Shown in pieces: positions 41,835 through 57,597 of a stretch of DNA of 64,000 bases. The first letter of the stretch is position 1. The number at the start of each line of letters is the position of its first letter. A program made the translations under genes and the position numbers. The notes beneath the pieces are model-generated. The model was not told the origin of the DNA. It saw only the letters and a program-made list of their open reading frames with translations, and did not search any database. Source of the stretch: Eledone cirrhosa (Eukaryota); contig OZ024740.1 in the NCBI GenBank assembly GCA_964016885.1, positions 107,198,001 to 107,262,000 of the forward strand, read 5' to 3'.

Positions 41835-43379
41835 GTAAATATTTACCTTGCGTGAAAATGGGAGAGGGGAGTAGTATTTGTCGGTGTTCATTCATGGAAA
41901 TTAGAAATCAGTCAGATTAATCTATTGTCAACTTGGTCTAGTTTTAGCACTCAATACAACGTAGTGTAGACGGCAACTTGACACAGTCATTTGATCATCC
42001 AATGAAATACTTCACGGTATTCGTTCCAGGTCTCTGAAATCTGAGTAATCTTGCCTAGGTCAACTATACCGTTAAATAATCATAGTACAAGTATAGTACT
42101 AGAGTCGACTCTAAATATATGTATAGGGAGAGAGGAGAGGACTCAGACAGAAAAATAACTGTAAATACAGCTAGTTGCTATAAATAGCTTAGAAAAAACT
42201 TTATAGATGGAAAAAAAAGTCAGCAATCGCTATGAAGAATCGAACTCCATACACATATATACACACACAGTGTGTACGTACATCCACGTATGTGTGTATG
42301 TGAATGTGTGTTTGTGTGTCTGAGCGTGCACGTATGTGTGTTTGTAATATATGTATGAGATATGAATGTGTTAATGTCGTCCGTGTGTCGATATGTGTGT
42401 GTGTGTGTGTGTGTATCAGTATGTATGTGTGTGTGTGTATCAGTATGTATGTGTGTGCTGTGGCTGACGGTCTCTCACAAACGATCAGAAAGTTGAAATA
42501 ATAATAGTACTACAATCTCTTACTTCCTCTCTCTCTTCTTTCGTATAACTTTCACGTTCTCTCTTCCTTGTCAATTCTCACTCCCCTCCTCCCTTTTAAT
42601 GTTTCTTACTCTCACACCAACATATTCTGTCAAATACGTACACATAGAGGCAGAAACACAAATATACACACTGGCAGAGAGATACACCATCACACACACA
42701 TAGACGGACGAACACACCACACACACACTCACACATGCATACATACATACATACATACACTTACTCATAGACACATACCAACACAACACACAAACACAGA
42801 CACACTGACACAGAGATACACCATCACACACACATAGATGAACTAACATACCACACACGCACACACATACACACACACATGAACACATACCAACACAACA
42901 CACACGCAGAGAGACTGACAGACATAGACACACGTAGCATACTCACGATAACACACATACAAAGTCACAGTCACCACAGACACATACACACGTGCAGACC
43001 ACACACTCATCCGCCTGTTTCCTCTGCTACAGCACACTGTCTGAATCATTTCATATAAACTGTTAATTTCCACGTGGAATTTCCCAGTGGAATTACCCAG
43101 TGGAATTTCCTCGCCAATTTGACACAGATTACCTCGAGTGACGGCATAGGGTGGGTGGATTAATGAGGAAAAGGGGATTAGTTGTGGTGTGGGAGGATTA
43201 ATTAGAAAAGGGGGTTAGTGGTGTGTGTGTGTGATAGAGTGAATATAATAAAGAAGAGAGCGTTAGTGTTAGGGGGTGGTGATAGGTGGTTAGTTTAGTG
43301 GGTAATATGTAAAAAGGGGTTATTGTTGGGTGGTAGTATTTGTGGTGTTGGGTTAGTGGTGGAGACGTATCATTACATT

Positions 43380-44630
43380 TAGAACAGATGACTGTTCTAT
43401 TTTCTCTATTTAAGGCTTTTAATTTCATCTTCCCCGGCGGCCTTGCCACATTTGAGCTCTTTAACTACTCTTGTGAAATGAACCTCTGACAGATGTTTTA
43501 CCGCTCCCAGATGCACCTCGTGTACATCAGAAGATGCTGTTGTGATCGTGTTTAGAAGATCAGCAAAGTGTGTCGAGTGGCCCGGATCTCTGGAAAGGCA
43601 CATAAGCAATGGCAATCGGGAGTGACAATCCCAATTTTCAAAAAGGGAGACAAGAGAGATTGTTCCAATTACAAAGGGATCGATTTGTTAAAACTATGCT
43701 GAGTGTCTGGCAAAGAGATGCAGGGAGATTGTCGTGTCCATGTTAGCTGATGAACAATGTAGTTTTTGCCCCGGACGCAGCACAGTCGACCAAATATTTA
43801 TACTGTGGTAGGTCTTCGAGAAATCGTGGGAGTATTGCCAAGAGGTATATTCTTGTTTTGCCGGCCTTGAAAATGCATATGACCACGTTCTTCTGGACCT
43901 GCTGTGGAAGGTTATGCAGGAGTATGAGGTTGATGGTCAGCTTTTTGTTGCTCTGATGTCTCTATACGAATGCCCGAGTAATTGTGTTCGGATAAATTGT
44001 GCTAAATCAAAACCATTCAATGTGGGAATCGGACTCCGCCAAGTGTGCGTACTGTCAACTATCCTGTTCATTATTTACGTGAATAGGATTGATATGCGCA
44101 GCCGGGTGGGAAGTGGTATCACAACTGGCGGGTGTAAAATCAGTCGGATGGAATTTGCAGACGACATGGTGTTATTTAACTTGACAAAAGGTGATCTCCA
44201 GCCTGCACTTGATAGGTTTGATGCCGAGAGCTGCATGGCTGGAATGAAAATCAGTCCTCTGAAAACCTGAGACAGTCATCCTCTCAAGGAAGACTTCGCA
44301 GTGCACTCTACATGTAAACGGAGTCCCACTGAAGTAGGTGGAAAAGTTAAAGTATCTCGGAGCCGTGTTCACGTGTGATGGAAGGCAGGAGGTTAAATTA
44401 AATGCAAGGGAGGTAAGCGTAAAAGCCAAACTCGCTATCTTCAGTTTGTGTCACCCCTTATCTATGGTCATAAATTCTAGGGTAATGACAGAAAAAATAC
44501 GATCGCGAATACAAGCGGCTGAAATGGGGTTCCTCCGAAGGGTCATTGGAGTAACGTTACGCGATAGAGTGCATAGCTCGGAGATCAGGGTGTCTCTTCA
44601 GGTAGAGCCGCTACTTCTCCGAATTGAGAT
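43380..44630 (+). mobile_element. RTE/Expander-like LINE fragment with a 5' inversion
   Basis: The plus strand from about 43569 reads VCRVARISGKAHKQWQSGVTIPIFKKGD...GLRQVCVLS...FADD...YLG...IQAAEMGFLRR. The minus strand at 43572-43380 reads HFADLLN...GKAAGEDEI...KALNRE. Confidence 0.8.
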
Positions 44631-45591
44631 CATAGCTCCGATAAGAAGAAGAAGAAAAAGACTTTAGCATGTTTTTACATAATTTATTAACAAAGGTTAA
44701 GAGCTGGATTAAGCTGGCATGCCAAAAGAAATGAAATAAACCAATTAAGATTGCAAGAGAAGGTACGGTCGACTGGCTGAGGCGTTGGCCAGGCCTGTAG
44801 TAATGTTTTGTCGTTACATATTGTTCGTGCTTGCGGAGCAAAAGAAGAATTTGTGTTTACCTTAGCAAGGTCAAGCTGCAAGAGAGAGATTTATAAATCA
44901 CCGCGGAAATTTTTCCCTCTGGGGCGGAAGTCGAGATACATTCTCCTACGCTGGCGGCGATTGGCTGGACTGAGCCAAACAACGCACGGAGAATGTATCC
45001 ATGAGCCCTCGGAATGTAGGTCACTACAGATTTTATGACACAAATATATCCGTACAATAAATTGGTAGCTGCTACGAGCTACGTAAGTGTATGTATCAGA
45101 GAAGACGATATAATATATAAGTTGGGTTGTGTCTTGCAGATACAATATGGCAGGAAGAATAGGATGAGAGTATATATAACAATATGAACTTACTGTGTGT
45201 GTGTGTGCCTATTCTTAGTTTATCTCATAATAGTAATGGTCAATCTCTCAGGCAGGCATGACTGGCTGTCTGGCTAAGAAGGTAGTGTAAAAGATCTACT
45301 GACGCCACATAGTTATCTTCTTGACTGCTGCTTCGATTCTGCTCCTCTTGTTCCCTTAGTCCTTGTATTTATAATAAGTGCTAAAGCTAGAAGGATGGAT
45401 ATATGATCTGACCTGTGGTTAGCATCTCCCAAGGGGTTGGGGTCACAGGTCAAATGGAATGCCATCGACCATCGTTGACAGGACAAAGGCGAGAACTTCC
45501 AACGATTGAGTGTTCCAGAGGCGGGAAAGCTCAGATTCAGTTTCGAATCTTCGCCGGTAAAATATAGGAGTATTCCTATATATATATATAA

Positions 45592-46444
45592 CACTATTAA
45601 CGAAGATCGCTGGTATAAATACAGCGTCCTTCGGCCAACGTCTAGCTCACTCAACAAATCTAGTGAATTGCAGTTATGCAGCTGCAATGACCAGTTCAGA
45701 GTGCACACATTTAGTTTTAATGTAGAGCGTTGGCTGTGTTTTTGATTAGTAAAATTCCTGAACGATCGTCTCTGTATAATATTTCTTTACAAATGCAGAT
45801 TTTACTACTGCAACGTTCAGAAAATTACGTAACATCAGCAGATAATTACGCAATCAGGTTATTACACGTCTTCAGCAGGACTGCCCAATGATATAATAAT
45901 ATAATGCGATATTTCCATGTTGTGTGAGTAAGGCTTTAGTGCTGGATAAGTTATACAGCAGTTCAAGGCTCTCAGTCACTTATCCTCTAATGAAAAAGTG
46001 GAAGGAAATTCTCGCAGATCATAACACGTGATTTTTAGTAGTTAAATTCAAGCAAAGGAATTCGCGCCAAAAACGAAGAACTCAACCGACTATATGCATA
46101 TGTGCATACATACATATAAACATGTTTATGTATATATAACACATATACGAGCAAATAAAATCTGATCTGAGGTACAAAGTCAAATATTCAACATTCAAAA
46201 TTTAATTTTAGGAAATATAAACAAGAAATATGGAAACCTCTAACCTTGTAATGGAGTTCGAAATCAGTGCAGCCGAGAGTATATAAGACTATTAACGAAG
46301 ATCGATGGTATAAATACAGCGTCTATCTCACTCAACAAATCTAATGAATTGCAGTTATGCAGCTGCAATCACCCGTTCAGAGTGCACACATTTAGTTTTA
46401 CTGTAGAGCGTTGGCTGCATTTTTGATTAGTAAAATTCTGAACA
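45592..46444. repeat. Element with about 160-170-bp direct terminal repeats between short (TA)n tracts
   Basis: ACTATTAACGAAGATCG.TGGTATAAATACAGCGTC...TTTTGATTAGTAAAATTC.TGAAC occurs at about 45592-45763 and 46288-46444. Confidence 0.8.
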
Positions 46445-46557
46445 TATATATATGTTTTGTTTATATTTTACATTAGAGTGCATGACAAGACACTATAATT
46501 CAATTAGTGTAATGTTCTGATTAAAGTTATATCCACCAAATATATATTTTTTTATTC

Positions 46558-46750
46558 TTCGATGGTCGGCTGAAACATTCATAGGCTGATCAAGATACTC
46601 ACATGGAAGGTTTATTTTTCAACATAGTTCCTGGAAGGAAATAACAATGGAGTTATTAATGATATAAGTTGAAATTAATGCATGCAGGATTTCACAGCTC
46701 TCGCATCACTCCCTCATATGAATTTTTGAACTTTTCAGTCGATCCTCGTA
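46558..46750. mobile_element. Tc1/mariner-type MITE, copy 3
   Basis: CGATGGTCGGCTGAAACATTCAT...TGAACTTTTCAGTCGATCCTCGTA. Confidence 0.65.
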
Positions 46751-47710
46751 TTCATAATGGTTTCTGATTTAGGCACAAGGCCAGCTATTTAAATCGACCC
46801 CAGTGCTTACTGGTGCTTTATTTTATCGACCCCGTAAGGATGAAAGATAAAGCTAACCTCGGCTGGATTTGAACCGAGAACGTAACACCATCGTATTCAT
46901 AATAAACGCAAGCAAAGCATGGTTATTAACTACCTAAGTGTACCAAATTTTAATAGAAGAAAATTAGAATTATTATTATCAAATACACGAGGCACAGTTA
47001 CTTTCCTGCCAAATGATGGCCGTAGCGTTCTGCTCTTCTTAACAATGGATTTCAATAATTATTTAAAGATCAGTGTTTCTTTTGTCGTGAATAATGCAGT
47101 ACACCAGCGAATTATTTATATGGAAAACCATCATAGGAAAAAAAATCACAGAACTATTAACTTTTTACCCATAAAACAACTTTTACTTTTCACCCACGCA
47201 AAGACTCACTTTTTTCTAACAAAACTTTTTCATTTTCTGGCCTGGAAATTCCTGAATTTAACTTGGAAATCACAGAATTTGACAAGAAAATACTTACAGT
47301 TTTAGTGGGGAGGGGGCAGGAAATACGAAGCGCCAAATTACAACAGCGACATTTCATAAGAGTTTTAAAGCCTGCTCATGCAGATTTGTAGCCACTGTCG
47401 TTTTCTTGGCAAAATTTGCACATGTGAGATGTATTTTCTGCATATTGGTTGCACATTGTTTGACTGCTATTCCAGCCGTGACCACCCTGTCTTCTCTTCT
47501 GACATATTATATTCAGGATTTGTTTATTGTGTACACTTAATAATTTTTCAAAGATTTGAATGCGTTTTAGGAAGATTTAGGCAACAATTTCTTGCAGGTT
47601 GAGTGACAGCTTAGAAACTGAAGAGCTAGGTTTAACTAAAAAGAATAATTATTATTGAGACTAACGGAGTTGCGTAAAATTATTATAAACAAACATAAGG
47701 TAAGAAAACT

Positions 47711-47772
<62 letters not shown>

Positions 47773-47776
<4 letters not shown>

Positions 47777-50655
47777 AAATTTATACGCCGTGAATTACAC
47801 AAAGAATACAAGAAAACTACGGAGCCTACACTCACTAACATTAATAAGGAAGGGCTTAACATAGTAAAAAAACTGAAAATATCTGATAGAACCGAGCCTC
47901 TAACCCCTTCTAAACCCACATTTAATCTGAAAGATCATAAATACAACTTCGAAACTGACCCTACTATTAGATTAATATGCCCATCGAAATCGGATATAGG
48001 TAGAATTAGCAAGTATATACTAGCTAGAATAATGTCACAAATTAAAGACAAACTAATAATTAAGCTTTGGGGTAACATTAACTAAGCAATAGATTGGTTT
48101 AGCAAATTAGACAATAAGGAAACATCCGACTTCATACATCAATGACTACTACTCCTCTATTTCCCCCCAGTCACCCTAAATAAGGCACTAACCTTTGCAC
48201 AGAAAAACTCAAACCTGTCCTCTGATGAAATTAAAATAATACTAGCTGCTAGAAGGACTATCATTAGGTTCGATAATAGTTACTGGGAAAGAAAAAAACA
48301 GACAGAATAGCTTTGATATCACTATGGGATCTAACGACTCAGCTCAAGTAACAGACATATCTTACATAAGGAATTTGATAACCTCCAGGGAGGAGTTTAT
48401 AGAGACGATACACTACTTTTAGCTAAAAACTTAAACAATCAAAACTGGGAAAGATTATGTAAAAACATTAGAATCTTCTTCAATAAACTAGGCATAAGCA
48501 TCACTTTCGAACTCAATTCTAAAAAAGCTAACTTCTTGGATGTATCACTCAACCTAAGCACAGGACTAATAGAGCCCTTCCATAAAAATAACGAAAATCT
48601 AGCCTACATTAGTTATAACTCAAACCACCCTCGCTCCATAGTTAACTCCATAGCACATAGTATATCCCTTAGAATTTTACACTTATATTCTAACCTAGAG
48701 ATTTTTAATGAACACGCGAACTACTATAACATAGCTTTACTTAAGGCAGGCCACAAAGAGAAATGCTCAAATACATACCAGATACAAACAACAACAACAC
48801 ACTTAACAGCAATAACACGACCCACACCTATAGGACTAAATATAGAAATAGACAACGAGCACCAGAAATAAATGAACCGAATACTAATATAAGGACCCCT
48901 AGGAACTATAGAAAATCCAGAGATAAGAAATACTTATGGTTCAATCCAATATTTAACTCCTCTACAGAAACCAAACTACCTTCTACATTCTTTAAATTAA
49001 TTAACAAGCCCTTCCCTAAACTTCACAAATACCATAAAATCTTTAATAGAAAAACTATCAAACTATCTTACTCTACTGCAGCCAACATACAATCACACAT
49101 ACATAAAATTAACTATAAAAGAATCTCTAATGAAAATATCCTACAAACACCATAGTACCAAATACAAAACACAAACACATAACAACATCGCAACCACACA
49201 CACGTCAGAACCATCAACAAACCCAAATCTCAGCCCGTACATAACAACATACAAAACCGCATCGATGAACCGGCATACAGGAAGGCCTCAAAATGTAACT
49301 GTCACTTACCGGATAAGTGCCCACTACAAAATAGATGCCTGGAGTCAAATATAGTGTACCTGTGTACTATAAATTCAGGCAACTTAGCATGGCACTACAT
49401 AGGTTCAAGGGCAGGGGAGTTCAAAACAAAGATGGTACGTCAATAGACACTCTATAAAGAACCGTAGATTAATGAACACAACAACGTTCGCCAATAAAAT
49501 CTGGCAGCTTAAAGATACAAACCAGGAATACGGGATTAGCTGGTCGAAACTGTCAGGGGCAAAGGCCTATAGAAATGGAATGTCCCACTGTGGACTTTGC
49601 AATATGGAGTTGCTCCATATTTTAAAATATGACAACATACTGCTTAACAGCAAAATAGAACGGTCAGTTTTCTGTAGGCATAAAGCAGCTACTAAATTCG
49701 CTAATTTCAAACCAACTTGATTCGACCCAACAATTCCATAATTCAAACTGTACCACCTGAGTCTATTATAATAACCCATTATTATTAACTGTCAATAAAT
49801 CAACTAATCACTGAATCAACATCATAACCTCCTAACTTTTCTTTCTTTCACTCTCTTTCCCTAAAACTATTTCACTTCTTCCATTATGTCCTATCGTATT
49901 CTCTTCACTTCTAACATAACTTCCAATTTATTAATTTATTAATTTATCCTGTATTTAGCACTGTACTATTTCTTCATACACATATATGTATATATTTAGT
50001 ATTTTCATGTTTATACCATCACATCTTTATATTTGAACCACCACCACAACTATTTTCAACAATCATATTATGATCACTTTTCTTCACACACATATACATT
50101 TTTTTACTTATTTTTTATCATCTTCATTCTAACTTATTCATTATTATTTATCTATTATTTTTTCTTTATCTTTTTTCTTTTCTTTTCTCTTTTCTCTTTT
50201 CTCTTTTCTCTTTTCTTCTTTTTTCTTTCTCTCTCTTTCTTTTTTCTTTTTCTTTCTTTATTACTGATGTTGTGATTTGAATTTTCCTAGTATATTACAA
50301 ACGCCGTGTATAATTTTAATCAGTTTTTCCGATGATTTGATTAAGCATACATTGTATTTAAAATTGAGTGACACAACTTCAAGTGATTAGCAATTTTTAG
50401 ACAACTTAATCAATTAAACAATTGTTAATACTGTAAATAAAACCCTTTTTGTACTGTTGACCATGTTATTCTTCACTCTTTCACTATTATTACTCCAAGA
50501 TTAACCTGCATAGGAATTCCCGAGAACTCGCAAGCTCGCTACCCAAGGAAACCTCTTGTTGAGTCAAACAACGCCGTACGCTAAAACTATCCACAATACG
50601 GAGTATTCACAACCTCTAACTGAATTACCTATAACGATAATTTGTTATCCCATAC
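47773..50655 (+). mobile_element. Penelope-like element, degenerate (RT plus C-terminal GIY-YIG), between (TA)n tracts
   Basis: Fragments DIGRISK, DYYSSIS, TMGSNDSAQV, GVYRDD, NFLDVSLNL, YISYNSNHP, WFNPIFN, IFNRKTIKLSYS, CNCH...CPL...CL..NIVY...HYIGS and CGLCNME...LLNSK.E...CRH. Confidence 0.8.
50321..50433 (+). ncRNA. Degenerate hammerhead ribozyme in the PLE 3' region
   Basis: CAGTTTTT-CCGATGA-T TTGATTAAG...CTTAATCAA T-TAAA-CAATTG-TT-AATACTG. The stems and palindromic stem III are intact, but two core bases are substituted. Confidence 0.5.
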
Positions 50656-50732
<77 letters not shown>

Positions 50733-50739
<7 letters not shown>

Positions 50740-50825
50740 ATACTTGGGGAGGGTCATATTGTTGTAATAATATTGCCAGAATTAATAACAGAACACACTC
50801 ACTGTTTGGTTGGTTTTCGCTTCTG
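50733..50825. repeat. (TA)n-adjacent interspersed repeat; copies at 62580-62668 (same strand) and about 61665-61700 (inverted)
   Basis: TATTGTTATA.TTGGG.GAGGGTCATATT...ATTGCCAGAATTAATAACAGAACACACTCACTGTTTGGTTGGTTTTC. Confidence 0.8.
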
Positions 50826-51421
50826 AATCTTTTATATCAGTTAATTTATTCGGTAAATTAATAAGCAGCGGGGAGGGCGATTATTCAAGACATGAGAGTA
50901 TATTGTACAGTTTTTTTTTTTACTACTGGATATTTTGTATTACGGAGGACTAATAGTTTAACTGAGAAAGATTCAGGTAATTAATATGATTGGGAAAGGT
51001 ACAGGTATATAGTTTGACTGAGAAAGATTCAGGTATATAATTGTTTCTACTTTGGGCACAAGGCCAGCAATTATCCCAGTGTATTACTGGTACTTTATTT
51101 AATCGACCCCGTAAGGATGAAAGGCAAAGTTAACCTCGGCGTGATTTGAACTCAGAATGGCAAGAGCCGTATGACTGAGAAAGATTCAGGTATATAGTTT
51201 CATTTCCTTGAAAAAGCGCCAATTGTTTTAACCCTAACCTTAACCCTAACCCGAACCCGAACTCAAATCTAACTCTATTATCAATCCTACAATGATCCTT
51301 GTGCTGGAGAAAATTACTGGTACCACCATGAATGAAAATGTGGATGCAATAGTTTGGAAATGACTTTCAGAACTACTAAAATTATGAATGGAAACCAAAT
51401 AACGAATACATTAAAGTATCT

Positions 51422-51518
51422 GTTCTGTTGTCCATGCTAGTGGTGGAGTATCAACTCAGTACGGTAAGTGAGATTACTTGTTAATTATACACGTAATTAA
51501 TACACACACACGCATACA

Positions 51519-51599
<81 letters not shown>

Positions 51600-51688
51600 C
51601 AATTATGTATATAATTAACAAGTAATTTCATTAACTTACCGTACTGAGTTGATACTCCACCACTAGCATGGAGAAGACAACAGAACTA
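51422..51688. repeat. About 80-bp inverted repeat flanking a (TG)n tract
   Basis: GTTCTGTTGTCCATGCTAGTGGTGGAGTATCAACTCAGTACGGTAAGT... mirrors ...ACTTACCGTACTGAGTTGATACTCCACCACTAGCATGGA..GACAACAGAAC. Confidence 0.85.
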
Positions 51689-52629
51689 TATATATATATA
51701 TATAAGTATACAAAAGGTAAACAGAAATAACAACACAATCGGTACAGTATATGGAAGGGAAATATTAGGTTAACGCTTGATATAGCAGGAAGAGGGTCTT
51801 AACGTTTCGGACGCTGGTCCTCGGCACGTGTGCGGAACTCGTCGCAGGTAGATGTGGTTGGTATAAAACGCAAACCACGGACGAGGAGGGAGCTCTCAGC
51901 TTCGGAGAGTGGTAGATCCTGGGGTATGGTGACTACAGTGCAGGGACGTGAAAGAGGCGGAGGGGTCAAGGTGGTTGGGCAAAGCGTGTGCAGATTCAGT
52001 GGTGGGAGAGGAAAGAGGGTGATAGGTGACGGGATAGAGGGATTAGGGTTGGAGGTGATATGAGTATGGTGGTGACGCAGGCGGGGAGCGGAGAGAGTCG
52101 AGTTTGTGGTTTTTTACGGAAGTGAGGAAATTGAAAATGAGGCGATTGAGGTAAAGGATGAATTGAATAAAGGATTGGGCGAGGAAAGAGGGGCAAGTGG
52201 GGGAGAGATGGAGGTAGGCCTTGGGGAGATCTCAGTCGAGAGAACGGATTTGGGCGAGAGTTGATCGAATGGTCACCCGCATGAACTGGCGAGAGGAGCG
52301 GGTATACCACAAACTTGCATATTGCGCAGGTAGGATTGTTGATTTGGGATTCACAGAAACCAATCGAGGATATTGTTAATATCCTTCTATTCGGTCCAGG
52401 TTTGTTATTTAACCTGATTGTATTTTCGTTGTTGTGGTGGCTTCTGTGGCTTTCTCCCCTTAACCACAGTTTTCAATTTGTCACGTTGTTTAACGTATGT
52501 TTATTACTCTAAGATGTAACTTATCGATTTATCGATACATTCTTATTGGGTGCTTCGTGCAAGCTCCAAATTGTTTTTACGTGAGTGCTGGCCGACCGCC
52601 GCAACTTCGATTTTACGAACTTCCACTCT

Positions 52630-54852
<2,223 letters not shown>

Positions 54853-54855
<3 letters not shown>

Positions 54856-55090
54856 CAAAATGTCAAACAAACAAACGTAGAAGACAACGGTACATAGTGT
54901 TATTAGCTTCATGCTTGGTGAATGGGGGAGGTTACAAGGTTTCCGACATAAGTCCTTCGTCAGGAGAGTAGGGGCTACTCCGATGGGGGAGTGAAGAGGG
55001 GAGTAGCAGGAAAAACATGGAAGAACGGGAAAATTATTAGAAATAAAAATAAAACATGAAATCAAAATAAATAGAAACAGGATAGGAAGA
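54853..55090 (-). mobile_element. PLE 3' end fragment with a minimal HHR core
   Basis: The minus strand at about 54963-54933 reads CTGACGA-AGGACTTATGTCG-GAAA-CCTTG-TA, without obvious stem I pairing. It ends in (TA)n. Confidence 0.45.
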
Positions 55091-55699
55091 TGTGCTTATT
55101 CTAAAACTCCGCCAGTCATCACATATAAACTCAAGGTCAGATTAAAATAATTAGAAGTCTGGTTTAAAGAGTATTTAAGGTCTCTGGCATCTGCTCAAAA
55201 GAAACTAGATGAATATAGGCCTGCACAAATGGGAAAAAAAACGATGATGAGATTTCAGCACCGATTCATGCCGAACTTTAAAACAAAAATGACTTCCACA
55301 GAAAAAGAAATGCATCTAAGAACAATTCTAAATTTTAACAAAACAAAAGGCCGTGTTTCATAGCTATATTTCAAATGCGGCGGAAGTCTCTGGATTATGA
55401 AATCCAGGGCTGCAACCCACTTAACCTATATATAAATCTGGTACTGTAGACGATGTTTTCCATAATTTACTAAAATTGCAAAGAAATAGTAGGTATACTT
55501 TAACCAAGTTCAATACACTTGACTACTCCCACGATTGAAACAACTAGGACCCTTGGGCTAGAGAACATTTTGGATCATCGATTCATACCAACCGTTAAAA
55601 CAAAGATGATACCCCACCCCCACACCGCTCCAAAAAAGGAAATTTATTTCATAACTTCTTCTTCTGCCTCCACTTATTCCAGAGAGAATCATGGGGGAA

Positions 55700-56060
55700 G
55701 AATCCTCAAATACTCCTTCTAGCGGGTCCTGCCAGAAGCAACCGTTTCCAACTGATTCGGCTGGATCCCAAGCGAGACCAGCCAAGCTCATGGATGTTAT
55801 CCATCCATCATGCTCGGGGTCTACCTTTCGGTCTCCTGTCAGTTAGTTTGGCTCGTAAAATCTGTCCAGCGATTCTTTCCCGAGTCATTCTAATCCTATG
55901 TCTGTAATATCGGAGCTGTGATCTCTCAATTCAGAGAAGTAGCGGCTCTAGTTGGAGCAGCTCTCTGTTCTGCGAGCTATATTTAAAACGGATCGGATGT
56001 TTCCTGAAGCCCTTGACTGCAGCCCAAATATAGCCTATTTATGAATTTGATACTGTATAA
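55700..56060 (-). mobile_element. Decayed RTE-like 3' fragment
   Basis: The minus strand reads RRPKGRPRA*WMDNI and LRYYRHRIRM, resembling the RTE C-terminus. Confidence 0.5.
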
Positions 56061-57597
56061 GATAAAGAGATATATTAGGGTGTCGACGTGTAGAGTATTT
56101 ATCCGAAGTTAATATTCATCAGAATTAATTTCTATTTCCGTAAATGCTGGTACTTGTTGATTAGGATTCCCTTTTTCAGATTTCGTGACAAATTGAAAAG
56201 TGAAAAAACTGAGGAAGTGTTATCGTGTTGATTCCAAAGTGGGACACAGAAGAGTCGATTACATAAAATTGCCTCTTATCATCGCCATGATTATATCATT
56301 AAGTATTCATTACTATCCTAAAAATAGCTGCATTTAATCATCGTTTCCTGTCTAAAGAAAACATGACCTTATTTACAAATGTTTTTCACCGATCAAATAT
56401 AAATAATGTTGGACTTGTAATTATGTCGAGAGAGAAGTGAGAAAGCAAACGGCTGAATGATTCAGATATAAAACAAACAAATGAACTGTTTTTATCTCTT
56501 CTTCATTAAATATCTTAACATTAACTTATTTATTGTCTAATGTTTTTAACAAATCAAATATGTTATCTGTTTATATTTTCGTGGGTGGCATCTCTGAATT
56601 ATTCATTTTCTAAAAATACTCTGTTATAGGCCAACCAAGGGCTGTGGGTTGGCATAGTCGGTAGAGCGTCGGACAATAGCTTGGTAGTATTTGTTTCGGC
56701 ACTGAGTTCAAATTTTGCCGAGGTCAACTTTACGGGGCCGATAAAATAAAGTACCAGTAAGCATTGGGGTCGATTTAATCGACTTTCCCCTGCCCTTCAA
56801 ATTACTGGCCTTGTGCCTAAAGTAGAAACAATGGTGGAAATGCTGACAGGTGCAGTTCCATTTGTTGTTTTCCCAGTGAGTCGGATAAAGTAACAAGATT
56901 GAGGTTGTTATGCTACAGAACGACGATCGAAGTCGAAGGTTGAAGACAAATCAGAGTATAGCCATAGTTATTCTCTTCAATACAACGCACGTAAACGGGT
57001 ACCTTCAATTATTCCCGAACTCGAGTTTCAGCAATAGAGTGCACAGTACCCTCTGTCCGCATATATTATGCAACAATGCACAAAATGTGCATGTAGCTTC
57101 ATCAGTGGGCTTCGCCTAATCAATAACCAATCGATCGACAGAATTCGACTCCAGTCCGTGTCGGCTATGACTGTATGTGGCGGCCAACACCGTAAAATGT
57201 TAGCAACTGAAATCTCTACGCGTCATCGCAATGCCGTCCCTAATTGGCTACAGATTTAAAAATTTATGTGATGGCAGGAGACGAAATTCAAATACTTCCG
57301 CTCCCGCCATAAGCATTCAGCCGACGTATCTTAAACACAAATTAACAGGTTGGTGAAAAATTGGTTATTAGAAAATTGTATATGTATGAATGTATGTATA
57401 GTATATTTGATAGGATACTGTATGTCTAATTAAAAGCATTTTGAAGACCATTCGTTATGAATTTAAAGTAGTGACTATGTCACTTACTTATTCTCGGCAA
57501 AAACAAAGGAGAGTAGTCGGCAGTCCTGTTTCTCGCTCGTTAGCGGTTATCAAGACTACTCACCCCTTCGCTCAGAGAGAGAGAGAGAGAGTCGTAT

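Noticed and set aside
51228-51266. Telomere-like TAACCC run
   Set aside because: Only about 5 degenerate units, too short to call an interstitial telomere.
55200-55520. Additional PLE RT remnant (near GTAGACGATGTTTTC, VDDVF)
   Set aside because: Too decayed to support as a feature without an alignment.
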